DNA of 64,000 bases from Malacoraja senta (taxonomy: Eukaryota), in the NCBI GenBank assembly GCA_038087875.1, contig CM075998.1, forward strand, positions 1,116,001 through 1,180,000, given 5' to 3'. The number at the start of each line of letters is the position of its first letter. The first letter of the stretch is position 1. Made by a program: the position numbers and the translations under genes. The notes beneath the pieces were generated by a model. That model had not been told where the DNA came from. It worked only from the letters and a program-made list of their open reading frames with translations, and did no database searches. This document shows positions 1 to 13,879 of the stretch, in pieces.

Positions 1-185
1 TGTGGTCTCACCAGAGCCCTATACAACTGCAGAAGAACCTCTTTACTCCTATACTGAAATCCTCTTGTTATGAAGGCCAACATTCCATTAGCTTTCTTCA
101 CTGCCTGCTGTACCTGTAAGCCAACTTTCAGTGACCGGTGTACAAGGACGCCCAGGTCTCGCTGCACCTCCCCCTTACCTAACCC
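1..185 (-). mobile_element. CR1-type LINE RT fragment
   Basis: Reverse strand reads ...VQQAVKKANGMLAFITRGFQY...LYRALVRPH, the same family as 4230-4935 and 51351-52070. Confidence 0.85.
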
Positions 186-282
186 CATTGAGAAGGGCAG
201 TTGGCAAAGTGGGAAAATAAATCACAGCAGTCTACGTTTTAATAAACTATTATTGAAAATGCCAAATCAGTACTACTGATTT

Positions 283-1350
283 ATACTACACTTCTTCCCA
301 CCCTGCTTCCTGTAAGGACTCCATCCCCTACTCCTAATTCCTCTGACTACGCCGCATCTGCACCCAGGATGAGGTGTTCCACACCAGGGCATCGGAGATG
401 TCTTCATTCTTCAGGGAACGGGGGTTCCCCTCTTCTACTATAGATGAGGCTCTCACCAAGGTCTCCTCTATACCACGTGACTCTGCTCTCACTCCCCACC
501 CCCCCACTCGTAACAAGGGCAGAGTCCCCCTTGTCCTCACCTTCCACCCTACCAGCCGTCACATACAACAAATAATCCTCCGACATTTTCTCCACCTCCA
601 ATGTGATCCCACCACTTGCCACATCTTCCCATCTCCTCCCCTGTCTGCTTTCCACAGAGACCGCTCCCTCCGTAACTCCCTGGTCAATTCTTCCCTTCCC
701 ACCCGAACCACCCACTGTCCGGGCACTTTCCCTTGCAACCGCAGGAAATGCTACACTTGTCGCTTTACCTCCCCCCTTGTTGCTTTACCTCCCCTCCATT
801 CAAGGACCCAAGCAGTCTTCCCAGGTGCGGCAGGGGTTCACCTGCACCTCCTCCAACCTCATCTATTACATCCGCTGCTCTAGATGTCAGCTGTTCTACA
901 TCGGCGAGACCAAGCGTAGGCTTGGCGATCGCTTTGTCTAACACCTCTGCTCGGTTCACAATAACCAACCTGATCTCCCGGTGGCTCAGCACTTCAACTC
1001 CCCCTCCCATTCCGAATCCGACCTTTCTGTCCTGGGCCTCCTCCATGGCCAGAGTGAGGACCACCATAAATTGGAGGAGCAGCACCTCATATTTCACTTG
1101 GGCAGTTTGTATCCGAGTGGTATGAACATTGACTTCTCTAATTTCAGGTAGTCCCTACTTTCTCCTCCCCTTCTCAGCTCTCCCTCAGCCCACTGGCTCC
1201 ACCTCTTCCTTTCTTCTTCCTGCCCCCCCCCCCCCCCCCCACCCTCACATCAGTCTGAAGAAGGGTCTCGACCCGAAACATTGCCTATTTCCTTCACTCC
1301 ATAGATGCTGCCTCACCCGCTGAGTTTCTACAGCATTTTTGTCTACCTAC
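283..1350 (+). mobile_element. Penelope-like element, 5'-truncated and degenerate: RT thumb/linker, GIY-YIG endonuclease and 3' tail with hammerhead-like motif
   Basis: DSIPYS.FL.LRRIC, RVPLVLTFHP, CNRRKCYTC, NLIYYIRCSRCQLFYIGETKRRLGDRF and VAQHFN across frameshifts; tail CTGAAGAAGGGTCTCGACCCGAAA at 1255-1278. Confidence 0.9.
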
Positions 1351-1564
1351 AATAATTAGCAATCTCTTTTCATTAAAAAAGGGAGAGTGGCAAGTGGAAC
1401 AAGGTGTTCACTCAAAGCCTCTGCAATGTCATTTAAAAAAAATTGCTGATAATACAAAATCTCAGCACATATTTATGATGAACAAGGAATTCTGCGCAGT
1501 AGGGCTCAAGTAAGTTTAAACAGGCACAATCATAGATCCAATAACAGTGGAATAAAAGCCGTAC

Positions 1565-1695
1565 ATGCTCTCACAGAATTTTGTGAGCGTGCTGGGTTTA
1601 TCTTCGTTTCTCCGATGCCGAAACCAGCGCTGAATTTTGCGGATATCCCAGTCGAGCTGCTTGGACAGACCCTCGAGCCTTTTCTCATCAGGAGA
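1565..1695 (-). CDS. CERS5: Ceramide synthase exon 3 (131 nt, homeobox-like domain)
   Basis: Acceptor TTCTCAG|TCT; [43 protein letters not shown](M); donor AT|GTACGG. Confidence 0.95.
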
Positions 1696-2094
1696 CTGAG
1701 AAGAAACCAAAAAAATAAATAAAATTAGTGATGCACTAAAGCGTTTCCAAAATGAACTGCAGCAACCGCTAGCTGAACAATATATGAAACAGCTTGCCTT
1801 GGAAGCGAATGGGGTGGAGAGGGGCTGACATGGTCCCATACAAACAAGTACACCTTGTTAAACCACAAGCTCTGAGCATGCCTTTGGAAACAATTTCAAC
1901 AGAAATCTATGCAAAAACTTGAGGCCAATAGAATGTAATATTCAGTAACATTGCAATATGAAAGTGCAAATGTCCTTGGAGAAACTGTGTGTACATAGAT
2001 GAGTGCACCTCCCAGCCATCCTCAAGGGTCAGGAAATAAGAGGGTGATTTTGCTGTCGGAGAGGGAAGGCTCTGCAGAGTAGTGTGTTCGGCTA

Positions 2095-2340
2095 CACTCA
2101 CACCCCCCCCCCCTGCAGGATCTATACACCAGGAGGTGCAGATCCAGAGCCAGCAAGATCATGAAGGACCCCTACCACCCCAGCAACAGACTGTTCCAAC
2201 TGCTACGGTCAGGAAAGCGCCTCCGCTGTCACGCTGCGAAAACAGAGAGGATGAGACGGAGTTTCTTCCCGAAGGCCATCAGGACTGTAAACTCTGATCT
2301 CACCGAGGCGTAAATACTGTTGTGTCTTAAAAAAAAAAAA
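2095..2340 (+). mobile_element. Rex1/Babar-type LINE 3' fragment
   Basis: Reads LQDLYTRRCRSRASKIMKDPYHPSNRLFQLLRSGKRLRC...RMRRSFFPKAIRTVN, a typical Rex1 C-terminus. Confidence 0.75.
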
Positions 2341-2974
2341 TGTAAATACTGGTTCTGTTCTGTTGTTTTGCACAATCCCGCAGGCATCTTGGTCAGGCAT
2401 GGGCAAGTTGGGCCGAATGGCCCGTTTCTGTGCTGTCTGACTCCACTGTTGTTGGCTCTGCTTTGAACAGTTCTTTGAATTCACCTTGCTCTTAAACCAA
2501 GCATGTGGCCGCTCCCTCTGATACCATTTTCTCTGGCTTGGTGTTGGTTTGTTCAGTTACACCTTTGAAGGGCCTTATGTTCCTACTGTTCAGGGGGAAA
2601 AGAACAGGGGGAAAAGAAACAATGAAGCTTAAATTGATCCAGGGCTGGGGAGAGAGATCACAGCAACGCAATGTTTTGGACTGACATAATGGCTCAAGTG
2701 AGCCCCTTCAGATTGCAAGTACTTGCTAAATAAATTGCAAAACACCAAATTGAAAACCACATCAGTTAGGTTTAGGGTCAGAATTTATACTGGCAAGACA
2801 TTCACACCTCACTAGAGCAAATTACAAGCCACAAGCAATTTGGAAATCAGCAACAGTAGATTTCAATTTAACAGCTGTACTAAATGTTCCATCTTCCCAA
2901 ACAGACAAAAACAGTTACAATAACCTGGTCCAAGAGGTCAGCGTTACATCAACAGGTTCAACACAAATAGAACA

Positions 2975-3335
2975 GTACAGCAAAGGAACAGGCCCTTCAT
3001 CCCACAATGTGCACACCGATCATGATGCCAAGTTAAACCAATCTCTGTCACCTGCATGTGATCCATATCCCTCCATGTCTATGTGTCTATCAAAAAGCCT
3101 CCTAATTGCCACCTTTGTATCTGCCTCCAGCAGCACGTACCAGGCACCCAGCATCCTCTGCGTAAAAACCTTGCCCTGCACATCTCCTTTAAACTTTACC
3201 CCTCTCACTTTAAAGCTATGCCCTCCAGTCTGAATTTCACCCTGGGAATAAGTTTCTGAATGTCTACTCTATCATGCCTCTCATAATTGTATATACTTCT
3301 ATCAGGTCTTCCATAAATCTCTGACGTTCCAGAGA
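2975..3335 (-). mobile_element. CR1 LINE 3' end fragment
   Basis: ...RGVKFKGDVQGKVFTQR..GAW C-terminus plus 3' UTR. Confidence 0.75.
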
Positions 3336-3691
3336 AAAATAATTCACCAAAAGCTACACGACTCATTCTGACAGTTCTATAATTTATTAAGAAATGGGGA
3401 AGATTTATAGCAAACAATTTAAAATGAAGTATGATTGCATAACATGGAAAAAAATACAGCAGTGCGTCTTAGTCTGTGATGTGACTGTTTATGTAGAAGT
3501 AAAGATAAGATTTTATTGGTCTTTGCATAATAGCATGGAAACTCCATCTCTTCATACATTCACATTTACCATTTAAAGCATCTGCAGCTGCATCTCCTCA
3601 AAAGGTCCTGGAACTTTTAGCACAATCAGCACACTCCATACATGTACAAAAAGCACCGACACTAGTTTAACTGTTAAAGCAGTATAGGCTA

Positions 3692-4935
3692 TCATAGAAA
3701 CATAGAAAATAGGCAGAGTAGGCCATTCGGGCCTTTGAGCCAGCACCGCCATTCAATACGATCATGGATGATCATCCAAAATCAGTACCCCGTTCCTGCT
3801 TTTTCCGCCATATCCCTTGATTCCTTTAGCCCCAAGAGCTAAATCTAAAGGGCCTGTCCCACTGTACGAGGTAATTCAAGAGCTCTCCAGAGTTTTAAAA
3901 AAATCAAACTCGTGGTAAGTACGTAGAATGTACGTAGCAGCTACGTCAGAGCTTGTGAATGTCTTGTAGCGGCTCGTAATGCTAACAGCAGGTACTCAGG
4001 AAACGCGGTAACTCGTGAAGTTTTTTCAGCACTGTGAAAAATGTCCACGAGAGCCCCGAGTACCTACGAACGGCTATTACCGTAATTCTCCGAGTTCGAA
4101 TCAGGGGAAACTCGGGAGAACTCTTGAATTACCTCGTACAGTGGGACAGGCCTTTAACTCTCTCTTGAAAACATCCAGTCAATTGGCCTCCACTGCCTTC
4201 TGTGGCAGAGAATTCCACAGATTCACAACTCACTGGGTGAAATTTTTACTCATCTCAGTCCTAAATGGCCTGCCCCTTATTCTTAAACTGTGACCCCTGG
4301 TTCTGGACTCCCCCGACATCGGGAACATTTTTTCCGCATCCACCCTGTCCAATCCTCCAAGAATTTTATATGTTTCTATAAGATTCCCTCTCATCCTTCT
4401 AAATTCCAGCAAATACAAGCCCAGTCGACCCATTCTTTCATCATACATCAGTCCCACCATCCCGGGAATTAACCTGGTGAACCTACGCTGCACTCCCTCA
4501 ATAGCAATAATGCCCTTCCTCAAATGAGGGGACCAAAATTGCACACAATACTCCAGGTGCGGTCTCATCAGGGCCCTGTACAACTGAAGTAGGACCTCCT
4601 TGCTCCTAAACTCAAATTATCTTGCAATAAAGGCCAACATGCCATTGGCTTTCTTCACTGCCTGCTGTACCTGCTGCTTACTTTCAGTGACATTACAAGC
4701 ACACCCAGGTCTTGTTGCACCTCCTTCTCCTAATCTGACACCATTCAGATAATAATCTGCCTTCCTCTTCTTGCCACCAAAGTAGATAACCTCACATTTA
4801 TCCACATTATGTTGCATCTGCCATGCTTCTGCCCACTCACCCAACCTATACAAGTCACCCTGCAGCCTCATAGCATCCTCCTCGCAGCTCACACTGCCAT
4901 CCAGCTTTGTGTCATCCGCAAACTTAGAGATTTTA
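3692..4935 (-). mobile_element. CR1 (HER1-like) LINE 3' portion, interrupted by a MITE
   Basis: ISKFADDTKL, QVQQAVKKANGMLAFI, YRALMRPHLEYCVQFWSP and RTRGHSLRI; CTATGTTTCTATG tail at about 3692-3705. Confidence 0.9.
3849..4154. mobile_element. Non-autonomous DNA transposon (MITE), PIF/Harbinger-like, 306 bp
   Basis: Terminal inverted repeats A(G/A)GGCCTGTCCCACTGTACGAGGTAATTCAAGAG; TAA duplicated at 3846-3848 and 4155-4157; removing it restores the CR1 sequence seen near 20330. Confidence 0.88.
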
Positions 4936-5454
4936 CTTGAAGTAGAGATCGTTTTACTACACTGTTTGCATTGCCTCAATGTTTGAGTGTTGAAGTTTCG
5001 TAGCCATTGCAGTTTGCACACCCACTCCAAAGTCCCTTGAACACTTCAACTTACACCTTTAGCTACACGTTAAACCATTTACAAGAGCAAGTTTGCAGCT
5101 CCCTGTGCCAAGCCTGATTTGCCATTGAGATCAATTCAAGGCCATTTACAACCTCCCTGGCTTCAACCATGAACCCCCACTCCTCCATCTACAGAGATCT
5201 GCCCTGTATGCATCAAGTTTCCCAATCCAGAGAATTCTTAACCCCAACCCCTGGCCGCACAGGTGGCCACATTCCCTTCAGCCGACCACACCTCTATTCC
5301 TTATGTCAGCTCTAGCTAGGGGTTTGCAGAGAATTGATGAGGTTAGCTTTTTTTATTTTTTATAATAGTTCTCAGTATCTTAGCACGTCAATTCCTTAGA
5401 CATAGTCCAGTGTCCTTAATGGATAGGAGTGAATCGAACAATGCCCTAGCAGTT

Positions 5455-5975
5455 AAAAATGGAATACTATCCAACATCCATCGCAACCCACTAAACAAAA
5501 CCATATCAATGAGCAGTAAAATAATCGGACTGGAGCAGGAACCAATGATCAGTATTTACAATAGAAGGACTAAACTAAAAGGAACACAAATAGCCTCAGA
5601 CACCACTCACTCACTGCACAGCCAATACAGTCTTCTACCCTCAGGCCAGAGATACAGGTCACTCACATTCAGGACTAAGAGAGCCATGTCGAGTTTCGTG
5701 CCTACATCCATTAGACTCATGAATAGTTGATCTATTTATTTATTCATTTATTCATATATACATTTTATGTTTTTATTGCCTATTCTTCATGTATTGTGCT
5801 TTGCAAGTTTTACCTACTGACCACTGTTGGACTACTGGTATGTGATGTGTGTGGTATATTGTGTTGTGTTGCTGGGTACGTGAACTGTACACGCACTGAT
5901 GTTCTGCACAAATGAAGTTCCTAATGGATAAATAAAGTTCATTGAATTGAATTGAATTGAATGAATTGAATGAAT
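5455..5975 (+). mobile_element. Rex1/Babar-type LINE 3' end with (ATTGA)n tail
   Basis: IASDTTHSLHSQYSLLPSGQRYRSL..RTKRAMSSFVPTSIRLMN; AATAAA followed by ATTGA repeats 5941-5975. Confidence 0.8.
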
Positions 5976-6272
5976 ACAAGAGCACCAAGCCCATCATTGG
6001 TTAAATGAAACCACATCACTGGCTCTCTTTCTTACAGGACCTTAATATCAGCTCAGTACAATAATGTTACGACGACAATTACAAGAAGCAGAAAAGGACA
6101 TCATACCGCAGCCCTGAGCTATTGGAAGCCAGGTCAAAAAGGTCAATTGGCAGATATCTAGGAATGAATCCCCGTTCTACCTGCTCAGAGTCAGATGTGA
6201 GCAGGGCAAGAAAAAAAAGCATCAAAACAGTAGGAAAAAAATCTGAAGAAGTCTTGCGACAACAGCGCTCAC

Positions 6273-6378
6273 CTTTGTAATTGATGTAAAGACTTTCTCT
6301 AGAATAGCATTGGGCTGTGCTCTGCGTGGTCCGTTTGCTTGAATTCGAAGACTCACGGCGCATGGTTTGGCAATAAAC
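6273..6378 (-). CDS. CERS5: Ceramide synthase exon 2 (106 nt)
   Basis: Acceptor TCAG|G; [35 protein letters not shown]; donor AAG|GTGAGC; phase matches exon 1. Not shown in the ORF track in this frame. Confidence 0.95.
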
Positions 6379-9300
6379 CTGATTGAATAAAAATATACAC
6401 ACTAGTTTAGTGCAGTCATATGTGTTACACATTAAAGCCTTAAAGATACAGTCATCTTGATACTGGATGCTACTGGAAGCATGCAATGGATAAAAGTTTA
6501 CCAATGGAACAATTGCATCTGATCTTGTTTCAGTAACAGACAAGAAGTTAGGTCTATGCAAATTGGTCAGGAGTAGTGGTTGACGCAGCTACAAAGCTTT
6601 TAGAGCTGTTTCAGCAGCCTTAGAAACCTTGACTGCATGGCATTGCTCTGCAGTTTTCTTTTAAACAGAGTCACATTTGAAAGAAGTTTCCAACACCAGA
6701 CAGAAGCTGCTTTACGCAAAGACTACAAAGTCCAAGCTTTAAAAATGCAGAGTGGGCACTGTTACCATTGATAACAGCAAAATAAAAGGCAAACCTATAT
6801 TGCACATGTGTCCACAAGAGAGAGAGTCTGGTCTCATTACAATGGTTGCACACCAGAATAATTGAGCAAGGAATTGGCAGCACAGAAGCAGGCCATTTGG
6901 CTCAACTGGTCGATGGTAGCATTCACTCAAAGTTCCACATGAATTCTTCCTACATCTATTCTTTTTTTCAAATCATATCTTTATCTAGCTTCTGTTTAAA
7001 TGGATCTTGTTCATTTCAATCACTCTGAGCCTCTCTGTATCAGAGTCTCTGCTGCATTCCACATTTGGATTTATGAAATGACCATCCTGCTTTTGGGATG
7101 TCTGGAGGTTGTGAAAGGTTCAATAAAAATGCAAGTCTTTCTTCTCAAGTCAGGAATCAAGTGGCTGCATCCAAATTGCAAGAATCCCAACATGAAGGAA
7201 ACCCTTAGCAAGATTATAACGTTTCTATTCCTGAGAAATAGAAGTTGGATTTAGGAACATTATGTGGAGGGCAGGCATGGTGTGATTGCTCTCTCCAGGC
7301 TTGGCAGACATTAAGTTCTAGGTTGTCAGCTCAGACGTTTAAGGGGGAAAGAATACCACCAACCCACTTTTAACAAAACTGGGTAGCACTCAAGTATCAA
7401 GAGAGGAATGGAGGGGCAAAACAAAAACTTTTAAAGGAGGTGATTACTTGACTCCTCTCACATTAGCAACAAATGATTTGTTTTGGAAAATAAACTCCTG
7501 AATATCCCCCTTCCCCTAAAAGAGCAAATCACAAAAAGTATTTTGTCTCAAGGCAAACACCCTCTTAAACTTTTAGTCTGATCTCTACACACACCCTTAC
7601 TTGCTGAATTACTGAAAGCAAAGAATGAATCAAAGTAGGAATTTAATAGCATGGAGTAAATTTAGCACTTAAAGGAATTAACTTTTAATTTCAAAATGGA
7701 TTACACAATCAGTTTCAAACAATCCAGTTCCCTTTTGAACGATAAAAGCCAATAGCAGCCATGGCAAAGAATTCAACATTCTATTCACTGAAGGAAAACA
7801 CAAAGTACAAGAGTCAAGCTTGCTCCAAAGTGGAACCCAACAACTGGGTCTTAATGTTGAAATCTTTGTAAATGTTTTTTTTCCAGCAGAGTCTTCCAAA
7901 TCTCTCCCAACATTCAGCAATGAATTACTCATTCCAACCCACGTTTCTTCAGCCAGAAAATTGCATTCCACTTTTACATCTGCTTTTCACAAACAGAAAA
8001 CCAGCAGCCTTGCCCAGGAGCTGCTCCTCCCCATTAGCACAGTGACAGAGTCAAATTCATTTTCTATCACTGGGAATTCCTGTTTAGTTGGGCCTTGGAA
8101 TTAGTTTTGTGTTAAGCAGAACAGCTCAGAATTGACTAGATTCTCTTTCACATTCAGATCCTGTGAAACAGGAAACAAAATTCATCATGTCGGCAATTAG
8201 CAAAGGAACAGAGAAAAGGCGATGCAAAGAAAAACTTCTAAAAAATAAATGAGAACATGGAGAAGATCTGGAGAGCACAGCCAGGGGTGGTAGTAGAGGC
8301 CGACTCAATTGTATAGGTTCAAAAGGAAGGAATTTGTAAGGTTATGGGAAAGGCGAAAGAGCAAGATTATCTGCATTGCATCTACATGGAGCCGCACAGA
8401 TTCGACAAGCTAAACGGCTTCCTTCTGCACTGCAAACTTTGTGAAGTTGGAAAAAATAGACTTCAAGAAAAAGTACGAGGGACCTCGCTGGTATGCAACA
8501 ATTTCACACCAACCAGAAATTCAATTTACTTCAGTTTAAGTACAAGCAGGCTGGTTTAAATCTAGTCTTGGCAGGGATGAACAAAGTCCAAGGGTTGTAT
8601 GGTCAGCCTGCAAATTCACTGCACAATTCACATGCTTCAATCTAATTTTGGAAATTAAATAAAGGCGCATTTTCCCTTTGATTAGTATCATTTAACATTC
8701 GAAACATATGGCATGCCAAATGCATTTTAGAGCCAGTTTCCATCCTACTACCAAAAACAACTGATTTCCCATTTTTAAGAGCCATTTCATGACAAAAAAA
8801 ATCATAATCATCTTGAAACTGTAAAAGGAGGAGGAAAGGGGGACAATAGCCCGATTACTAACCACTGCACTCCAATATCAAACTCCCTAACACATTGGCC
8901 ATTATAATGCCTTGCTACCATGAAGCCCTCGGGGCCAATTTCTCGGCAAAGAACAGACCAGACATTATAAAAGCTGATATTTACTTCACAACACGTGCTA
9001 GAACCCACCTTCGGAAACAGCAACTTCTAAAAAGATATTCAAGTCACGCTCCTATAGAAAAGCAGACTTTAAAAAAAAAATGTAACAAGCACATACTAAA
9101 TTAAGCTTTAATCCACAAATATCCCCCATCCCAATTTGCAGCCTGTTGTCCCTCCCTGGTTAAATTAGCCGAGCTGGGGGGAGTGCAGATAAATGCGATA
9201 TATTAAGTTAACGAGATACCCTCACAAAACAAGCTCTCGTATCAAAATGGTGATTCTCCGCCAATTTGCTTTCCACCAAACTCCAAGAAAAAACCTGGAT

Positions 9301-11547
9301 GCCAACCTGGGGGGTGTACATGGAATGTAGTCGCTAGAGATAAGGATGTTTTCTTTTCTCCCACCCAGACAGTGGAGGGGATCAATAACTTGCCTGAAAA
9401 GGTGATGAAGGCAGAAATTCTCATCTCAGTGGAGCAGCGGAAGAGTTGTGCCTCACAGCGCCAGAGACCCGGGTACAGAGTTTTTATGTTTTTCTCTGAC
9501 CTGTGGTCAATTATTATCATATTGAATGCCCCAATCCTGCTTCTATTTTCTTGTGATCTCTGCATCTTTTCCCAATGTTTATAGCACTAGATTGTTTCTC
9601 AGTTCTAACTCCAAGCAACGAACTGTTCCCCCACCACCTCCACAACAAGTAGTGACCCACCATCACTGGGAAAATGAAGACAATGGTATTGCTTAGTTTT
9701 AGACTGCTCTGCACCTCTTCCAACCTCAACGGTGCCAGAGTACCCAAGGCTTAGGATCCACTGCAAGCCAGCAGCAGTTCACACCAGAGAATATTAACAG
9801 TAACCGTGGAGCTGCAATGCAAAGGCCCAGGTGTATACATAAGAACTTGCAGCAACCAAAGCTCACCCCTGCCCTTCACAAGATAAACTGTTTTGAGGAA
9901 GGGAGTATTAAAAATAATGACAAACTTGCAGAAGAAATGTGGGAAGAAACACCAAGTAAAATACTAATGCTTTTCCAGCTCATTAATGATACAAATAATT
10001 TAATGTTACCATGTTAGTTTTGGTACAAATACAAAACAGAGTTCTACGTGGCCGACACTTGTTTACACCTCAAAACATACATCAATTAAAATTGTTGTGT
10101 CAATGTCTAACCTACCTTTAATATCCTGCGGCCAACATTTATTCTTCAAATCAACCATCACTTAAAGGCAGATGTGATACCTTCTCAGAATCACATTCTT
10201 ATCCATGGGAGCTTGCAAAGTGAAAATTTCCTACACTACAGCAGTGAGCACACTACCAAAGTACTTCATCACTGCTTGGAAAGTACGGAGACAGCAGTGT
10301 CACGAAAGGCACCATAGGAAAGTTCATTTTCAAACCTACAAACCCTACATGACTCTGCTCTACCAATGCATTGCATCCAATTTTAATACAAGTTGTCCTC
10401 ACCTTCAATGCCAACAATAGAAGCAAAATATAGCAAGACTCATTAATTTGGCACCCTTGGGACTTCAGTGGTGCCAGGCTGGTAGATTTTCTGGACAATC
10501 GTATATTGCTCCTAGAAACCAGAAATGTCTCTTGCTCTTCACAGCCAATCAGGTCATCCAAGCACATACAAGCCCTACTTTATAAACATCTATGCAAGGA
10601 ACTCCTGTGTTTGCTCCAGGGTCCAAATATCCAGGATATATTCTCTGGCCCCTCCAGTCAACTAACCTTCCTTTGGACACATGGATATGGTAATAGTTTC
10701 TTCCAGCTCTCTCCTAATTTCTTCCATTAAACAGTGCGCCTGGAGTCACATATAAACTCAGTTTACTTCCTTTACTGCTTGCAAGTGACAGCATTTTATT
10801 TCCCCCAAAAATCCCAATTATTTGAATTTCAATCTTTGAACTGACATGCTATACATATTTGTGTATTTCAGAAATAATAGCCCACACCTCTAAATATTAG
10901 TTTAGTTTAGTAACTTCAACCACTATTGCAATAATATCCTCAGTATAGTCTTAACACAAGCACAGGGCAGAAAAGGTGAGCAAAAAAAAGCCCCCCTGAT
11001 ACAACACCCACATCCTACAACAGGGATGTTGATTAACAAGGCCCCCACCCATGCACTGTATTTGAGGTATACCCAAGTTCAGGCAAGGCATTTAATATCT
11101 ATAAAATGACCAAATATTTACTCGTTCATCAATGCAGTGTTCGAGAATCAATGACCTGTATTTACAATTCTTCAAAATAGGAAAGTGATAAGCCAGCTCC
11201 TCTGTACTGCTGATAACAGTTCAGGGAATTTACAGTGGAATAAATCAGATTCTTTACTTTCCCTTATATATTATAAAGCACTTAGTGCTGCAATTACAAA
11301 GCTATTGGGCTGTTACCCTTGCCTTTTACGTGACAATATTGCACTTTTATTATTGCCCGTATCTTGTTTACAACACATAATTGCAGTTCATGGATCATCT
11401 AAGATGACTGGAGCCACAAGTCAGTTGTTTTTCTATTTTCACATCCATAAACACAAGCGAGTGTTTCATCCATGTTCTAATATTTTCTCCCAATTCATTA
11501 TTTGCCTGTGCAGTTTATAATTTCCCAACAGGTCAAGCCAGGCAAAG

Positions 11548-11900
11548 ACTCACAAAAAGCTGGAGTAACTCAACAGGTCAGACAGCATCTCTGGAGAAAA
11601 GGAATAGATGACGTTTTGGGCAGAGACCCTTCTTCAGACTGAGAGTCAGGGGAATGGGAAATGAGAGATATAGACAGTGATGTTGAGAGATACAGAACAA
11701 ATGAGAGAGAGGGAATGCAGGGGTTACTTGAAGTTAGATAAATCAATAGTCATACCACTGGGGTGTAAGCTGCCCAAGGGAAATATGAGATGCTGTTCCT
11801 CCAATTTGCGTTTGGCCTCACTCTGACAATGGAGAAGGCCTAGGACAGAAAGGTCAGTGTGGGAATGGGAAGCGGAATAAAAATGTTTGGCAACCTCCAG
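11548..11900 (-). mobile_element. Penelope 3' fragment (end of GIY-YIG plus tail with hammerhead-like motif)
   Basis: VAKHF...DLSVLGLLHCQSEAKRKLEEQHLIF.LGSL.P.GM; tail motif about 11609-11637. Confidence 0.85.
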
Positions 11901-12094
11901 CCCTTCCTCCAGCTCATAAAATCTAGCCGAAAATAGAAACCTGCTTATCAGAGAATCATCAGCCATTATTCCACAGCACATTAATTCTTTGTTGCAATTC
12001 ATTACTTCGTTAGAGAGTCAGATTGGTGCTGCACAGAAATTGGTCCTTCCGTCTACCTCATCCATGCATGCCTTTTTGCACTAATCCATATCCT

Positions 12095-12356
12095 TCCCGT
12101 CCCGATGCGGGAGCATAGACCGCCCTGATGTGGGAGTTCGATCACCGGCTGCGGATGGTTCGACTCCCTCAACCGCGGGAGGAAAGGAGGAAAGAAGATA
12201 AGACTTTATTGCCTTCCATCAGAGTGGGGAATGTGGAGGAACTGCTGTGGTTGATGTTTATGTCAAATTTTTATGTAGTTGTGTGTCTTGTTCCTTTTTT
12301 GGTATGACTGTATGGCAAACCAAATTCCTCGTATGTTGCAATTATGATTATGATGA
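12095..12356 (+). mobile_element. Non-autonomous retroelement (GCCTTCCATCA hairpin family)
   Basis: Shares GCCTTCCATCA...CTGTGG..GATG and the T/G-rich 3' region with 25714-25924 and 59732-60158; ends in a (ATTATG)-like tail. Confidence 0.55.
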
Positions 12357-13379
12357 AAACTCCAGTACATCAAATCAGAAAATGCTGAGAATACTCGGTA
12401 TTGCCAATTTATTTTCACGTGTACCGATGTACAGTGAAAACATATCTGTAGGCTTAGCAGCCTTTGTGCCAAGAGAAACAAGGCTATCGTTTTAGGTTAA
12501 CAACCTTTAATCAGAATAGTTCTGATATAGGGCCATTGCCCTGAAACAAAATCATTTTCTCTCTCCTTTGATGCCCGATTCAGAGTGTTTCCAGCATTTT
12601 CTGCTTGTAGCTCTGATTTTCAGCACCTACAGTTACTGTTTTTCAGAAATCTGTACATACCATTCTTTCTCATCAATCTACCTGAATTAATCAAAAATTA
12701 AGACCTTTTGGAGACTGCATTTGATAACCGAATAGAAATGCAGTCTGACTACACACTTGGAAACAAGTGGAGAGCTCAAGTTCCTGTCACCCCACTGACT
12801 CCTGGGACTCTTGGGCCCATGGCAAAGTAGATAAGGAGCATTTGGGATGGTATGGAGAACCAAGGCCCATGTTTCAGGTGAACAGAGACACCCTGGTTAA
12901 GCACACCACCATATAAACTAACCACCTCCCCTCCCCATCAGCCCGTACCTGCCCCATCTTTGGAAGAGTCTGAAGTTTTTACATCATCTTCATTGCAAAC
13001 CAAGAAGCAGCAGCGACACCATTTCTCACACCTTCAGTGTTAAAGTTCTCAGTAAAAAGTACAATGTTCGACAGATCAATACAATTCCAGTGATTTCTCA
13101 ACTTTGGTCAGAGTGACACATCACTGCAGACCTTTAAAAACCTACACAAAATATTGGTAGACCATACTGGATGCAGGGTCTCCAAGAATGAAATCCATCG
13201 AGACTTTTGTCCCAAAAGGATCAACACAACATAAAATTAGTAGGGCAGCACAAGGTTGCACTACAGATACTGCCTGACCCACCAAGTTACTCCAACACTG
13301 TATCCTTTTGGAATACTACTCAGGCTTACACCGTCATGGTCTGGTTTACCTAGAATAACTGATAACTTACTGTTTGTGT

Positions 13380-13630
13380 GAAGACACACACCTCCAGATT
13401 CAGGGACAGTTTCTTCCCAGCTGTTATCAGGCAACTGAACCATCCTACCACAACTAGAGAGCAGTGCTGAACTACTATCTACCTCATTGGTGACCCTCGG
13501 ACCATCTTTGATTGGCTTTACCTTGCACTAAACGTTATTCCCTTACCCTGTATCCGTACGCTGTGAATGGCGTGATTATAATCATGTATTGTCTTTCCAC
13601 TGACCAAAACCTAAACTAAACTGAAACTAT
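13380..13630 (+). mobile_element. Rex1/Babar LINE 3' end
   Basis: TSRFRDSFFPAVIRQLN followed by 3' UTR. Confidence 0.7.
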
Positions 13631-13879
13631 ATTCAACGGCTGGTAAAGCTGCAGCAAGAAAGAATTTCATGGTTCGCGTCCGGGTGCACATGACAATTAA
13701 AGACAACTCTCAGGATGTCATTGATGGAGGTGGCATGCATGGCAACCACACTTTTTGACAATTATTTGTACCACTACCGGAAATAAATGCAAACACAACC
13801 GTTAACTTCTAGATTAGATATTTGCCTTTACCAAAATTCACCGAACTCTTAAGAGAGTGGATAATGATACCACTCGCTG

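Noticed and set aside
10150-10270. Minus-strand sequence resembling CERS exon 2 (NVIL..KV..TS)
   Set aside because: It needs two frameshifts, lies in a SINE-like remnant, and the true exon 2 is at 6273-6378.
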